Translations under genes and position numbers: made by a program
Notes under the pieces: generated by a model
What the model was told of the DNA's origin: nothing
Seen by the model: only the letters and a program-made list of their open reading frames with translations
Database searches by the model: none
Assembly: GCA_964588985.1 (NCBI GenBank)
Contig: CAZPQW010000014.1
Span: forward strand, 1-64,000
Direction of reading: 5' to 3'
Length of the DNA: 64,000 nucleotides
DNA from: an uncultured Solirubrobacteraceae bacterium
Lineage (GTDB): Bacteria > Actinomycetota > Thermoleophilia > Solirubrobacterales > Solirubrobacteraceae
Part shown: positions 9,486-18,941 of the stretch, in pieces
Position numbering within the stretch: position 1 is the stretch's first letter
Layout: every line of letters begins with the position of its first letter

Positions 9486-10588
9486 GACGGATGTGCCACG
9501 GCGGGGACCTGCTGCGTGATGCAGTGGATGTTGCCGCCGCCGAGCAGGATCTCCCTGGCCGGGATTCCGACCACCTCGCGCTCGGGAAAGCAGCCACGCA
9601 GCAGCTCGGCGGCCTGCTCGTCGGTGTGCTCGTCGAGCAGCGGGAACACGATGCGCCTGGTCCCGAGGTAGAAGTTCGCGTACGAGGCCGCCAGCCGGTC
9701 GCCGGCGCGTCGCGGTAGGCTCCCCTCGACCGCGTCCACGCCCGCCGCCTCCTGCTCGGTGATCGCGATCGGGCCGGGGGAGGGCAGGCGCACGACCTCG
9801 ATCGAACGGCCGCGCGCGTCGGTTGCGGCTTCGAGCCTCTTCAGCGCGTCGCGGGAGATCGCGTGCTGCGGGTCGGACTCGTCGTCGGTCCAGGTGAGAA
9901 GCACTACGCCCGGACGCGCGAAGCACGCGAGGTTGTCGACGTGCCCATCGGTCTCGTCGTTGTACACGCCGCGGCCGAGCCAGATCATCCGCTCGGCGCC
10001 GAGGTGGTCGAACAGCACCCGCTCGATCTGCTCGCGCGAGAGCTCGGGGTTGCGGTTGGGGTTCAGCAGGCACTCTTCGGTCGCCATCACCGTGCCCTCG
10101 CCGTCGACGTGGATCGAGCCGCCCTCGAGCACGATCGGTGCGCGGTAGCGCTCCGCGCCTTCGATCTCGAGCACCTTCGCGGCGACGCGATCGTCGCGGT
10201 CCCACGGGAAGTACAGGCCGCCTCGCAGTCCGCCCCAGGCGTTGAAGCGCCAGTCCACGCCGCGCCGGCCGCCGCTCGCGTCGACGACGAACGTGGGGCC
10301 CATGTCGCGTATCCACGCGTCGTCGGTGGAGATCTCGACGACGCGGATCGACGGAGAGAGCACCGTGCGGCAGTGCTCGAACTGGCGGTCGGAGACCGCG
10401 ACGGTCACCGGCTCGGAGACGGCGATCGCCTCCGCCACGGCGGCATACGCCTCCTGCGCGGGCTTCGCTCCCATCCGCCAGTTGTCGGGGCGCTCCGGCC
10501 ATGCCATCCAGCAGCCGGAGTGCGGCTCGAACTCGCCCGGCATCCGATAGCCGTCGGCGGCGGGGGTGGAGGGGAGAACCGCGCTCAC
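9479..10588 (-). CDS. aguA: Agmatine deiminase
   Basis: [52 protein letters not shown]. Confidence 0.96.
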   Translation of the reverse strand: MSAVLPSTPAADGYRMPGEFEPHSGCWMAWPERPDNWRMGAKPAQEAYAAVAEAIAVSEPVTVAVSDRQFEHCRTVLSPSIRVVEISTDDAWIRDMGPTFVVDASGGRRGVDWRFNAWGGLRGGLYFPWDRDDRVAAKVLEIEGAERYRAPIVLEGGSIHVDGEGTVMATEECLLNPNRNPELSREQIERVLFDHLGAERMIWLGRGVYNDETDGHVDNLACFARPGVVLLTWTDDESDPQHAISRDALKRLEAATDARGRSIEVVRLPSPGPIAITEQEAAGVDAVEGSLPRRAGDRLAASYANFYLGTRRIVFPLLDEHTDEQAAELLRGCFPEREVVGIPAREILLGGGNIHCITQQVPAVAHPST

Positions 10589-10592
10589 TCCG

Positions 10593-12077
10593 TCAGCTTA
10601 CGCTCGGCTGGGCGGGCTGCTGCTGTGTGGCGATGGGCGTCGTCCGTGGGCGGCGCGGGTGGCTCATCCGCCACAGCATCACCTCCCCAGCCAGGAGCGT
10701 CACGCCGACGATCGCGAGCAGCGGGCCGGTGTAGGACCATTCGGCGGGGGCGTCGGGGATCTCGGGCCACAGGAACAGCACGACCCCGCCCGCGATGACG
10801 ATGCTCGTGATCACGGCCATCGCCACCACCACCCTGTCGCCGCCGGGGATCTTGTATGGCCGCGGGCGGTCGGGGTCCTTGTAGCGGAGGATCGCCACGG
10901 CGGGGTACATCAGCAGGTAGGGCATCAGGAAGATCACCGACGAGGCGGCGAAGATCGCGAAGAACAGCGAGTCCTGTTTGTCGATGAACAGCGCCGAGAC
11001 GATCAGCACGAGCGTCGAGATCAGACCGGTGCCGACCAGCGCGCCGACCGGGGTGCGGCGCGTGGGGTGCTCGCGCCCGAGGACCTTCGGCAGCTCGCCT
11101 TCCGCGGCCGCCTCGACGGCGGAGCGGTTGGCGCCCATCGTCCAGGTGGTCATGTTCGTGAAGTACGTGTAGAGGGCGGCGATCCCGAGCGCGTACACGA
11201 CCACTTCACCGAGCCCCTTGTGCCCGAAGATCGCCCTGAACGTTTCGACGAGGCCTTCGACGAGGCTCAGTTTGGTGAGCGACAGCGCGAGCAGGATGCC
11301 GATCGTGGCGAACAGGTAGAGGAACGCGATCACCGCGCCCGAGGTGAGGATCGCGCGGGGGATGCGCTTCTCGGGCTCCTTCACCTCGCCGGCCATGCTC
11401 GAGATCAGCTCGAAGCCGAGCAGCAGGAAGACGATCACCGGCAGGAACTGCTTTGCGACGCCGAAGGAGGGCACGAAGCTCGACGCGTCGATCGTGTTCG
11501 CGGATCCATGTTTGATCGCGAAGACGATGCCGCCCACGCCGAGCGAGAGGATGATGACGATCTTCAGGATCGCGCCGATGTTGTTCACCCACTTGCCGAT
11601 CTCCAGGCGCATCACGCCGACCCACACGACCAGCCACACGAGCACGACCGCCATGATCACCTGGGGCCACTTGCCCGCGGGCCATTCCGCCCAGCGGTGC
11701 CCGAAGAGCTGGAAGAACACGCCGGCGAACAGCAGGAACACGGACGGCATCCACAGCGCGACGTTGACCCAGTACCAGTAGGTGGTGCGCGCCGCCCAGC
11801 GGCTGCCGAGGGCCTGCTTGACCCAGACGTAGATACCGCCCTGCGTCGGGTAGGCGGTCGCGAGCTCGGCGGTGATCATCCCGTAGGGGATCAGGAACAG
11901 GACGATCGCGAGGATCCACCACGCGATCGTTTTCGGGCCGATCGAGGCGGAGGCGGTGAGCGTTTCGACGACGAGCATCGCGGAGACGGTGAACAATGTG
12001 ACGTCGAGGATTCCCATCACACGACGGCGCTCGACCCGCTCCGTGCCGGCGGTCGCGGACGGCTGCATCTCGGTCAT
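10593..12077 (-). CDS. aguD: APC-family permease, likely agmatine/putrescine antiporter
   Basis: [27 protein letters not shown]; about 12 hydrophobic segments; ATGA-coupled to ptcA. Confidence 0.8.
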   Translation of the reverse strand: MTEMQPSATAGTERVERRRVMGILDVTLFTVSAMLVVETLTASASIGPKTIAWWILAIVLFLIPYGMITAELATAYPTQGGIYVWVKQALGSRWAARTTYWYWVNVALWMPSVFLLFAGVFFQLFGHRWAEWPAGKWPQVIMAVVLVWLVVWVGVMRLEIGKWVNNIGAILKIVIILSLGVGGIVFAIKHGSANTIDASSFVPSFGVAKQFLPVIVFLLLGFELISSMAGEVKEPEKRIPRAILTSGAVIAFLYLFATIGILLALSLTKLSLVEGLVETFRAIFGHKGLGEVVVYALGIAALYTYFTNMTTWTMGANRSAVEAAAEGELPKVLGREHPTRRTPVGALVGTGLISTLVLIVSALFIDKQDSLFFAIFAASSVIFLMPYLLMYPAVAILRYKDPDRPRPYKIPGGDRVVVAMAVITSIVIAGGVVLFLWPEIPDAPAEWSYTGPLLAIVGVTLLAGEVMLWRMSHPRRPRTTPIATQQQPAQPSVS

Positions 12078-13084
12078 CTCAGCACTCCTTGCATGTAGTC
12101 GCGCACGCGCGCGTCGTGAAATCGAAGCTGCTCCTCGGTCGGCTCGGTGAGCGTGGGGCAGGTGAGCCACACGAGGATTCCCTTCTCGGTGTGCAGGCGG
12201 TTCTCCGCCTGGTCGAAGACGATCGATCTGGGACCGTCGATCACCTCGTCGGTGACCTCCACGCCGCGCGAGGCGGGCAGGCAGTGCATGAACCGCGCGT
12301 GCTCCGGGGCATGCGCCACGAGTGCACTGTTCACCTGGTAGCGCGGCATGAACGCGGCGCGGCGCTCGGGGATCTCCTCGGTCTGGTCGACCCACCACCA
12401 CAGGTCGGTGTAGATGAAGTCGGCGCCCGCGATCGCATCCTCGACCTCGGCGGTGACGGACACCGAGCCCCCGGAGCGCTCTGCGTTGGCGCGGGCGATC
12501 GCGAGCCACTCCTCCGGGGCCTGGTACTCGGGCGGCGCGGCATGGACGAAGCGCATGCCGAACTGCGTTGTGATGAACATCAGCGAGCTGCACACGTTGG
12601 TGCGATCCCCGACGAACACCACCGTGCAGTCCTCCAGGCGTCGCCCCTCGGGCAGGTGCTCGCTCATCGTCAGCAGGTCGCACACGACCTGGGTCGGGTG
12701 GTTGTAGTCGGTGAGCCCGTTGATCACCGGCACGTCGGCGTCGCGGGCGAGCTGCACGACGGTGTCGTGCTTGAGCGTGCGCGCCTCGATCACGTCGCAC
12801 ATCCGCGAGAGGACCTTCGCGGTGTCGTACAGGGACTCGCGCACGCCGAGGTGGATCTCGCCGGGCTTCAGGTAAAGGGCGTGGCCTCCGAGCTTCGCCA
12901 TCGCCACCTCGAAGGACACTCGCGTGCGGGTCGAGGGCTCCTCGAAGATCATGCCGAGCGAGCGGTGGCTCAGCAGCTGCGGCACGGCCGAGTCGCGATC
13001 GGCCTCCTTCAGCAGCCGGATCAACCCGAGCAGCTCCTCCAGCTCCGTGCGGCTGAAGTCCTGCGTGTCGATGAAGTGCCTCAC
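12074..13084 (-). CDS. ptcA: Putrescine carbamoyltransferase (OTCase family)
   Basis: STRTRVSF, HPTQ and HCLP motifs. DLWWW replaces the OTCase DxxxSMG; operonic with aguA. Confidence 0.82.
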   Translation of the reverse strand: MRHFIDTQDFSRTELEELLGLIRLLKEADRDSAVPQLLSHRSLGMIFEEPSTRTRVSFEVAMAKLGGHALYLKPGEIHLGVRESLYDTAKVLSRMCDVIEARTLKHDTVVQLARDADVPVINGLTDYNHPTQVVCDLLTMSEHLPEGRRLEDCTVVFVGDRTNVCSSLMFITTQFGMRFVHAAPPEYQAPEEWLAIARANAERSGGSVSVTAEVEDAIAGADFIYTDLWWWVDQTEEIPERRAAFMPRYQVNSALVAHAPEHARFMHCLPASRGVEVTDEVIDGPRSIVFDQAENRLHTEKGILVWLTCPTLTEPTEEQLRFHDARVRDYMQGVLR

Positions 13085-13198
13085 GCCTATGCAGTCTGCG
13101 CTCCCCGGCCGCCCTCAGAATCGTGGCGCAGCCACATCTCGCTACGGGAGAACTACTGTCCCGGACGGGCCGCGAAGTGAGCGTCTACAGTCCCTGCG

Positions 13199-14164
13199 GT
13201 GGCCGACGAGATTGCACTGATCGCGGCACCCGGACCGCACTCCTCGCCGGCGCGCAAGCGCTCGCCCCGGCACGGGACGTTCCGTCTCGCCGCTGTGCAG
13301 GAGCGCTGGCGTCCCGACCCGGGCGAGCACGAGGAGGCGCTCGCGGCAGGGATCAGGCGCGCGGCCGCCGAGGGCGCTCAGCTGGTCTGCCTGCAGGAGC
13401 TCACGCTCAGCCGCTACTTCGGCACAGATCCCGGCGGGCCTGAGGAAGCGGGGGTGGAACCCGAGTCGCTGCCCGGCGGGCCCACGTACCTGTTCGCCGC
13501 GCGCATGGCGCGGGAGACGGGCGTGCACGTGCACGCTTCGCTGTACGAGCGCGCGGACGGGGAGGACGGCCTGGGTTTCAACACCGCGATCGTCGTCGCG
13601 CCCGACGGCGATCTGGTCGCGCGCACGCGCAAGCTGCACATCCCGCTGACGGCGGGCTACCACGAGGACCGCTACTTCCGGCCCGGGCCGGGAGACGAGG
13701 ACCCGTTTCCGGTGCTCGAGCTCGGAGACGCGCACCTCGGTCTGCCGACGTGCTGGGACCAGTGGTTCCCGGAGGTCGCGCGCGCCTACAGCCTGCAGGG
13801 CGCCGACGTGCTGATCTACCCCACCGCGATCGGCTCCGAGCCGGATCACCCGGACTTCGACACCCAGCCGCTGTGGGAGCAGGTGATCCGCGGCAACGCG
13901 ATCGCCAACGGCGTGTTCATGGTGACCGCCAACCGCATCGGCGTGGAGCCGCCGCTGCGCTTCTACGGCTCCTCGTTCATCTGCGACCCCTACGGGCGCA
14001 AGCTCGTGCAGGCGCCGCGCGACGAGCCCGCGGTGCTGCTCGCGGATCTCGATCTCGACCAGCGCCACGACTGGCTCGAGCTGTTCCCGTTCCTGAAGAC
14101 CCGCCGCCCCGACGCCTACGGCCGGCTGGCCGAAGCGAGCCCCGAGGTCACGGACGAGGCTTGA
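13199..14164 (+). CDS. Nitrilase-family C-N hydrolase, N-carbamoylputrescine amidase-like
   Basis: LQEL (Glu), RKLHIP (Lys), CWDQWFPE (Cys), YPTAIGSEP. Confidence 0.85.
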   Translation: MADEIALIAAPGPHSSPARKRSPRHGTFRLAAVQERWRPDPGEHEEALAAGIRRAAAEGAQLVCLQELTLSRYFGTDPGGPEEAGVEPESLPGGPTYLFAARMARETGVHVHASLYERADGEDGLGFNTAIVVAPDGDLVARTRKLHIPLTAGYHEDRYFRPGPGDEDPFPVLELGDAHLGLPTCWDQWFPEVARAYSLQGADVLIYPTAIGSEPDHPDFDTQPLWEQVIRGNAIANGVFMVTANRIGVEPPLRFYGSSFICDPYGRKLVQAPRDEPAVLLADLDLDQRHDWLELFPFLKTRRPDAYGRLAEASPEVTDEA

Positions 14165-14874
14165 GCGGGGACGTCGCGACGCAGGCGGTGCTCGCGCGCG
14201 ACCTCCACGTGAGACGCGGTGAGATCGAGGCGCTCTCGGGCGTCTCCTTCACGATCGCCACCGGCCGGCTCACAGGCCTGTTCGGCCCAAGCGGCAGCGG
14301 CAAGTCCACGTTGATCCGTGCGATCGCCGGGGTGCAGGCCGATGTGGAGGGCGAGCTGCGCGTGCTCGATCTGCCGGCCGGAAGCGCCGAGCTGCGCCAC
14401 GAGCTCGGCTACATGACGCAGGCCGCGTCGGTGTACGAGGACCTGACGGTGGCGGAGAACGTGCGCTACTTCGCGCACCTCCGCGGCGCGAAGGTGGGCG
14501 ACGTGCTCGAGCGGGTGGGGCTCCACGAGCAGACCCACCAGCTCGTGCGCCGGCTCTCCGGCGGACAGCGCGCACGGGTATCGCTCGCGGCGGCGCTCGT
14601 CGGCTCGCCGCGGCTGCTACTGCTCGACGAGCCGACCGTGGGCCTCGACCCGCTGCTGCGTCGCGAGCTGTGGGGGCTCTTCGGCGAGCTCGCGAGCGCC
14701 GGGGCGACGCTGTTGATCTCCAGCCACGTGCTCGACGAGGCCCGTCACTGCGACGATCTGATCCTCCTGCGCGACGGGAACCTCGTCGCGCAGCTCACTC
14801 CCGCCGAGCTGGTCGCCCGCACCTCCACCGAGGACATGGACGAGGCCTTCGTGCGTCTGATCGAGCAAGCATGA
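14161..14874 (+). CDS. ABC exporter ATP-binding protein
   Basis: GPSGSGKS, LSGGQ, LLLLDEPT, ISSH. Confidence 0.92.
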   Translation: MSGDVATQAVLARDLHVRRGEIEALSGVSFTIATGRLTGLFGPSGSGKSTLIRAIAGVQADVEGELRVLDLPAGSAELRHELGYMTQAASVYEDLTVAENVRYFAHLRGAKVGDVLERVGLHEQTHQLVRRLSGGQRARVSLAAALVGSPRLLLLDEPTVGLDPLLRRELWGLFGELASAGATLLISSHVLDEARHCDDLILLRDGNLVAQLTPAELVARTSTEDMDEAFVRLIEQA

Positions 14875-15614
14875 GAGGGTCCGCCGCTCGCACGCTCGCC
14901 ACGGCCAGACGGGTGCTTCTGCAGCTGCGCCACGACCCGCGCACGGTCGTTCTGATGATCGTCGTGCCGTGCGTCCTGGAGACGCTGTTGCGACTGATCT
15001 ACGCGCACCGCCGTGTCGCGTTCGACCATGCGGGCGCGCCGCTGCTCGCGATCTTCCCGCTGACGACCGTCTTCCTGGTCACCTCGATCGCGCTGCTGCG
15101 CGAGCGCACCAGCGGCACCCTCGAGCGGCTGCTCACCACGCCGCTGGGCAGGCTCGAGCTGCTCATCGGCTACGCGCTCGCCTTCGGGCTGCTCGCTGCC
15201 GCCCAGGCGATCGTCGCGAGCGCGCTCACGCTCGGTCCGCTCGGCCTGCACGTGCGCGGCAGTGATGGGCTGGTCGTCGTGCTCGCCGTGTCGGTCGCGC
15301 TGCTCGGGATGGGCCTCGGTCTGCTGGCGAGCGCGTTCGCGCGCAGCGAGTTCCAGGTCGTGCAGTTCCTGCCCGCGACGATCCTTCCGCAGCTGCTGCT
15401 GTGTGGGCTGCTCGTCGCGCGAGCGCAGATGCCGGCCGGGCTGCACGCTCTCTCCGACGCGCTGCCGATGTCCTACGCGGTCGACGGGATGAAGCACCTC
15501 ACGAGTGAAGCCACGCCCGTCGCCGCGCTGTGGGGCGACATCGCGATCGTGCTCGCGTTCGCGGCCGGCGCGCTGCTGCTCGGCGCCGGCACGCTGCGCC
15601 GACGCACGCCGTAG
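14871..15614 (+). CDS. ABC-2 type permease
   Basis: RERTSGTLERLLTTP, SEFQ.VQF.P, PMSYAVD. Confidence 0.9.
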   Translation: MRGSAARTLATARRVLLQLRHDPRTVVLMIVVPCVLETLLRLIYAHRRVAFDHAGAPLLAIFPLTTVFLVTSIALLRERTSGTLERLLTTPLGRLELLIGYALAFGLLAAAQAIVASALTLGPLGLHVRGSDGLVVVLAVSVALLGMGLGLLASAFARSEFQVVQFLPATILPQLLLCGLLVARAQMPAGLHALSDALPMSYAVDGMKHLTSEATPVAALWGDIAIVLAFAAGALLLGAGTLRRRTP

Positions 15615-15626
15615 AGGCGCGGGCGG

Positions 15627-15878
15627 CTACTCGCTGCTCTGCTCGACGGCGCCCAGGTGCTCGAAGCAGGTGCTGTGGTAGCAGGTATCATGGAGGTGAT
15701 CCGTGAAGCCCGGCTCGAGCGCTCTCGAGGTCAGTCGCGGAACTCCGTCCGCGAGCGTCACGAGCGGCTCGTACACGCCGATCACGTCGCCGCAGCTGTG
15801 GCAGTGGAGCAGGTCACTCACCTGCGGTTCCCGCTCGAGAACGCTCGTCTGGGAGGATGGGGTGGAGGAGTGCTTCAT
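15627..15878 (-). CDS. Small hypothetical protein with CxxC...HxxC (putative Zn-binding)
   Basis: CHSCGDVIGVYEP ... CYHSTCF; has its own predicted promoter. Confidence 0.6.
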   Translation of the reverse strand: MKHSSTPSSQTSVLEREPQVSDLLHCHSCGDVIGVYEPLVTLADGVPRLTSRALEPGFTDHLHDTCYHSTCFEHLGAVEQSSE

Positions 15879-15908
15879 GGTGGTGTATGTCCATAAAAAG
15901 CCACCGAC

Positions 15909-15975
15909 AACGTAGGTCGGGCGGCCGTGTGCGTCACCTGGACAGCTCCACAGAACCTCTGTGGTTAACCACTGA
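15909..15975 (-). promoter_or_regulatory. Predicted promoter (-10 TACGTT) with paired 16-bp boxes
   Basis: Boxes 15937-15952 cctggacagctccaca and 15960-15975 (rc tcagtggttaaccaca), centred -42.5 and -65.5 from a predicted TSS at 15902. Confidence 0.55.
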
Positions 15976-16025
15976 CAAGCCAATGCCGGGCCACTGATAG
16001 ATCCGGGCCTGTGGGCCGGTTCGGC

Positions 16026-16271
16026 TCAGGGTTCGAGCAGGCCCAGCGACATCGCGTAGCGCACCAGTTCGGCCCGAGTGTCGAGTCCGAGCTTGCGATG
16101 GATGTTCGCGCGGTGCGTCTCGACTGTGCGAGGGGAAATGTCCAGCTGCTCGGCCACCTCCACGCTCGTGTAGCCGAGTGCGATCAACCGTAGGATCTCG
16201 ATCTCGCGTGGAGTCAGGGGCGTCGTTTCGGACTCAACCGAGTAGGCAGTCGAGCGCATACGTGAAGCCAT
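16026..16271 (-). CDS. Stand-alone LuxR/NarL-type HTH protein (no receiver domain)
   Basis: LTPREIEILRLIALGYTS.EVA.QL.ISPRTVETHRANI..KLG; TAGCGT 6 nt upstream of the ATG (leaderless). Confidence 0.88.
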   Translation of the reverse strand: MASRMRSTAYSVESETTPLTPREIEILRLIALGYTSVEVAEQLDISPRTVETHRANIHRKLGLDTRAELVRYAMSLGLLEP

Positions 16272-16309
16272 CCCATCACGCTAGCCCCAGACCCCGGCGG
16301 TGTACCACC

Positions 16310-16417
16310 GTGTAAAACACCCCGATCGACTGCGGTAAATCACCGAGTCTCCAGGTGCGTGTGGTGGGCACGGAAGGTCAACGGGCATGCCGCGGCACAC
16401 TGCGGGAAAAACCCGGA
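16310..16417. promoter_or_regulatory. 16-bp boxes in the divergent HTH/ABC intergenic region
   Basis: 16331-16346 tgcggtaaatcaccga, 16401-16417 tgcgggaaaaacccgga, and a weaker copy at 16310-16325. Confidence 0.55.
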
Positions 16418-16452
16418 TGCCCCGGTCCGGTGCTTGTTCGATGATGCTCACC

Positions 16453-17346
16453 ATGGCGATTCGCACAGTCGGGCTCGGCAAGCGCTACGGCGATACCGTT
16501 GCGCTCGACGGGTTGAACCTGACCGTCGGCGAGGGCGAGGTCTATGGCTACCTCGGTCCCAACGGCGCCGGCAAGACGACCACGATTCGTCTCCTGCTGG
16601 GGCTGCACCGACCGAGCGCGGGCAGCGCGGAGCTGTTCGGCGTGGATGCGTGGCGCGACTCCGTACGGGCCCACAGCCGCGTCGCGTACGTCGCCGGCGA
16701 GCCTTCCCTGTGGCCGTCGCTGACGAGCGCCGAGACGTTCGAGTTCCTCGCTCGGCTGCGCGGAGGCACCGATGTCGCATACCGCGACGTGCTCGTCGAG
16801 CGCTTCCAGCTGGACGTCGACAAGAAGATCAGGGCTTTGTCGAAGGGCAACCGTCAGAAGGTGCAACTGATCGCGGCGTTCGCGAGCCGCGCCGACCTGC
16901 TGCTGCTCGACGAGCCGACCGCCGGCCTGGACCCGCTGATGGAGGTCGCGTTCCGCGAGACGGTCGTAGAAGCCAAGCGGCGAGGTCAGGCGATCTTCCT
17001 CTCCTCGCACATCCTCAGCGAGGTCGAGGCGCTGTGCGATCGCGTGGGCATCCTGCGGGGCGGGCGGCTCGTGGACGAGGGGACGCTCGCCGAGTTGCGC
17101 CACCTGAGCGCGCAGACGATCGAGGTCACGTTCGACGGACCGGCCCCGAGTCTCGACGGGCTCGAGGGCGCCACCGTCACGCAGGCCGGCGCGAACGCTC
17201 TGCACATCGAGTTGCTCGGCAGCGTTGGGCCGCTGATCGCGCTGCTCGCGGACCATCCCGTGATCTCCCTGACCAGCCGTGAGCCGACGCTCGAGGAGGT
17301 CTTCCTGCACCACTACGAAGACCCCGGCGACCGTGTCGGGCGCTAG
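16453..17346 (+). CDS. ABC exporter ATP-binding protein
   Basis: GPNGAGKTT, LSKGNRQK, LLLDEPT, LSSH. Start could also be 16441 or 16444. Confidence 0.92.
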   Translation: MAIRTVGLGKRYGDTVALDGLNLTVGEGEVYGYLGPNGAGKTTTIRLLLGLHRPSAGSAELFGVDAWRDSVRAHSRVAYVAGEPSLWPSLTSAETFEFLARLRGGTDVAYRDVLVERFQLDVDKKIRALSKGNRQKVQLIAAFASRADLLLLDEPTAGLDPLMEVAFRETVVEAKRRGQAIFLSSHILSEVEALCDRVGILRGGRLVDEGTLAELRHLSAQTIEVTFDGPAPSLDGLEGATVTQAGANALHIELLGSVGPLIALLADHPVISLTSREPTLEEVFLHHYEDPGDRVGR

Positions 17347-18928
17347 CGCTGCCATTGCTGTCGCGCGGCGCGCGTTTCGCGACGCTCGCACCCGCACCAT
17401 CTCCTTCGCGTACCTGTTCGCGCTCTACGCCTACGTCCAGCCGGCGGGCTACCGCCACGCCTACCCGACGCTCTCCGACCGGATCGCCTTCGCTCACAGC
17501 TTCGCGGCGAACGACGCGCTGCGCCTGTTCTACGGTTACCCGTACGACGCGACCACCGTCAGCGGCTACTGCGCATGGCGCGTGGGCGGGACGCTCGCGC
17601 TCGTCGCGGCGGTGTTCGGCGTGTTCGCGGCGGTGCGCGCGCTGCGCGGCGAGGAGGACTCCGGGCGCATGGAGCTGATCCTCGCCGGCCGTGTCGGGCG
17701 CGGAACGGCCTATCTCTCCTCGATGGCGGCGATCGCGGCCGGCACGGCGATCCTGTGGGTCGCGGAGTTCGCCGGCTTCGTCGTCGGCGGGCTGCCCGTG
17801 GGCGGGTCGGCCTACCTCGCGCTGGCGGCGGCGGTGGTCGTGCCGGTGTTCGTCGGCCTGGGCGCTCTGGCAAGCCAGCTAGCGCCGACCCGCCGCGGCG
17901 CGCTCGGTCTGGGGATGGCCACGGTGGGGATCTCCTTGCTCGTGCGCGTGATCGCCGACACCTCCAGCGGCGCCGCGTGGCTGCGCTGGGCGACGCCCCT
18001 TGGCTGGTCGGAGGAGCTACGCGCCTTCAGCGGCGCGCAGCCGATCGTGCTCGCGCTCCCGATCCTCGTGAGCGCCCTGCTGCTCGCCCTCGCAGCACGG
18101 ATCGCCGCACGTCGCGACGTCGGCACCGGTCTGCTGCCGGCGCGCGACACCGCCGAGCCGCGCCTGCGCCTGCTCTCCTCAGCGACCGCGCGGGCGCTGC
18201 GCGGCGAGCGCGGCACCCTGCTGCTGTGGTTGGGCAGCATCGGCGTGTTCGCGGCCGTGCTCGGCATGGTCTCCACGAGCATCTCCTCCGCGGACATCTC
18301 CAAGAGCGTGCGGGAAGAGATCGCCAAGCTCGGGTCCGGCTCGATCACGACGCCGACCGGCTACCTCTCGTTCGTGTTCATCTTCTTCATCCTCGCCGTC
18401 AGCCTGTTCGCGTGCGCGCAGATCAGCGCGGCGAGACACGAGGAAGTCGAACAGCTGGAGACCCTGCTCGCCCTTCCCGTCGGGCGCTCACGATGGCTCG
18501 CCGGGCGCCTCGCGCTGGCCGCCGCCGGCATCGCGACGATCTCACTTGCGGCTGGTTTCCTGACCTGGGCCGGCACCGCCTCTCAGGGCGTCCCCATCTC
18601 GCTGCCGAAGATGCTCGAGGCCGGCGCGAACTGCCTGCCCGTGGCGCTGCTGTTCCTCGGCGCCGCCGCGCTCGCCTACGCGGTGGTGCCGCGCGCGAGC
18701 GCCGGCATCGCATACGGCCTCGTGACCGTCATGTTCCTGTGGCAGCTCGTGGGGTCGCTCGTGGGAGCGCCTGACTGGCTGGTGAAGCTGACCCCGTTCG
18801 CCCACGTCGGGCTGGTGCCGACCCAGCCGTTCCGCGGCGGCTCCGCGGCGGTCATGGTTGGGCTCGCATTGGCATTGGGACTGGCTGCGCTTTGGGTCTT
18901 CCGCCAGCGAGATCTGGTCGGGCAATGA
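17333..18928 (+). CDS. ABC exporter permease (double-length, polyketide-exporter-like)
   Basis: RGEEDSGRMEL, RRDVGTG, LTPFAH, FRQRDL; about 12 TM segments. Confidence 0.85.
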   Translation: MSGASAAIAVARRAFRDARTRTISFAYLFALYAYVQPAGYRHAYPTLSDRIAFAHSFAANDALRLFYGYPYDATTVSGYCAWRVGGTLALVAAVFGVFAAVRALRGEEDSGRMELILAGRVGRGTAYLSSMAAIAAGTAILWVAEFAGFVVGGLPVGGSAYLALAAAVVVPVFVGLGALASQLAPTRRGALGLGMATVGISLLVRVIADTSSGAAWLRWATPLGWSEELRAFSGAQPIVLALPILVSALLLALAARIAARRDVGTGLLPARDTAEPRLRLLSSATARALRGERGTLLLWLGSIGVFAAVLGMVSTSISSADISKSVREEIAKLGSGSITTPTGYLSFVFIFFILAVSLFACAQISAARHEEVEQLETLLALPVGRSRWLAGRLALAAAGIATISLAAGFLTWAGTASQGVPISLPKMLEAGANCLPVALLFLGAAALAYAVVPRASAGIAYGLVTVMFLWQLVGSLVGAPDWLVKLTPFAHVGLVPTQPFRGGSAAVMVGLALALGLAALWVFRQRDLVGQ

Positions 18929-18941
18929 GAGGGGACACACG

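Noticed and set aside
15937-16000. Hairpin CCACAGA-acc-TCTGTGG and palindrome GTGGTTAACCAC as a possible ncRNA or riboswitch
   Set aside because: No recognisable riboswitch consensus; better explained as the paired regulon boxes.
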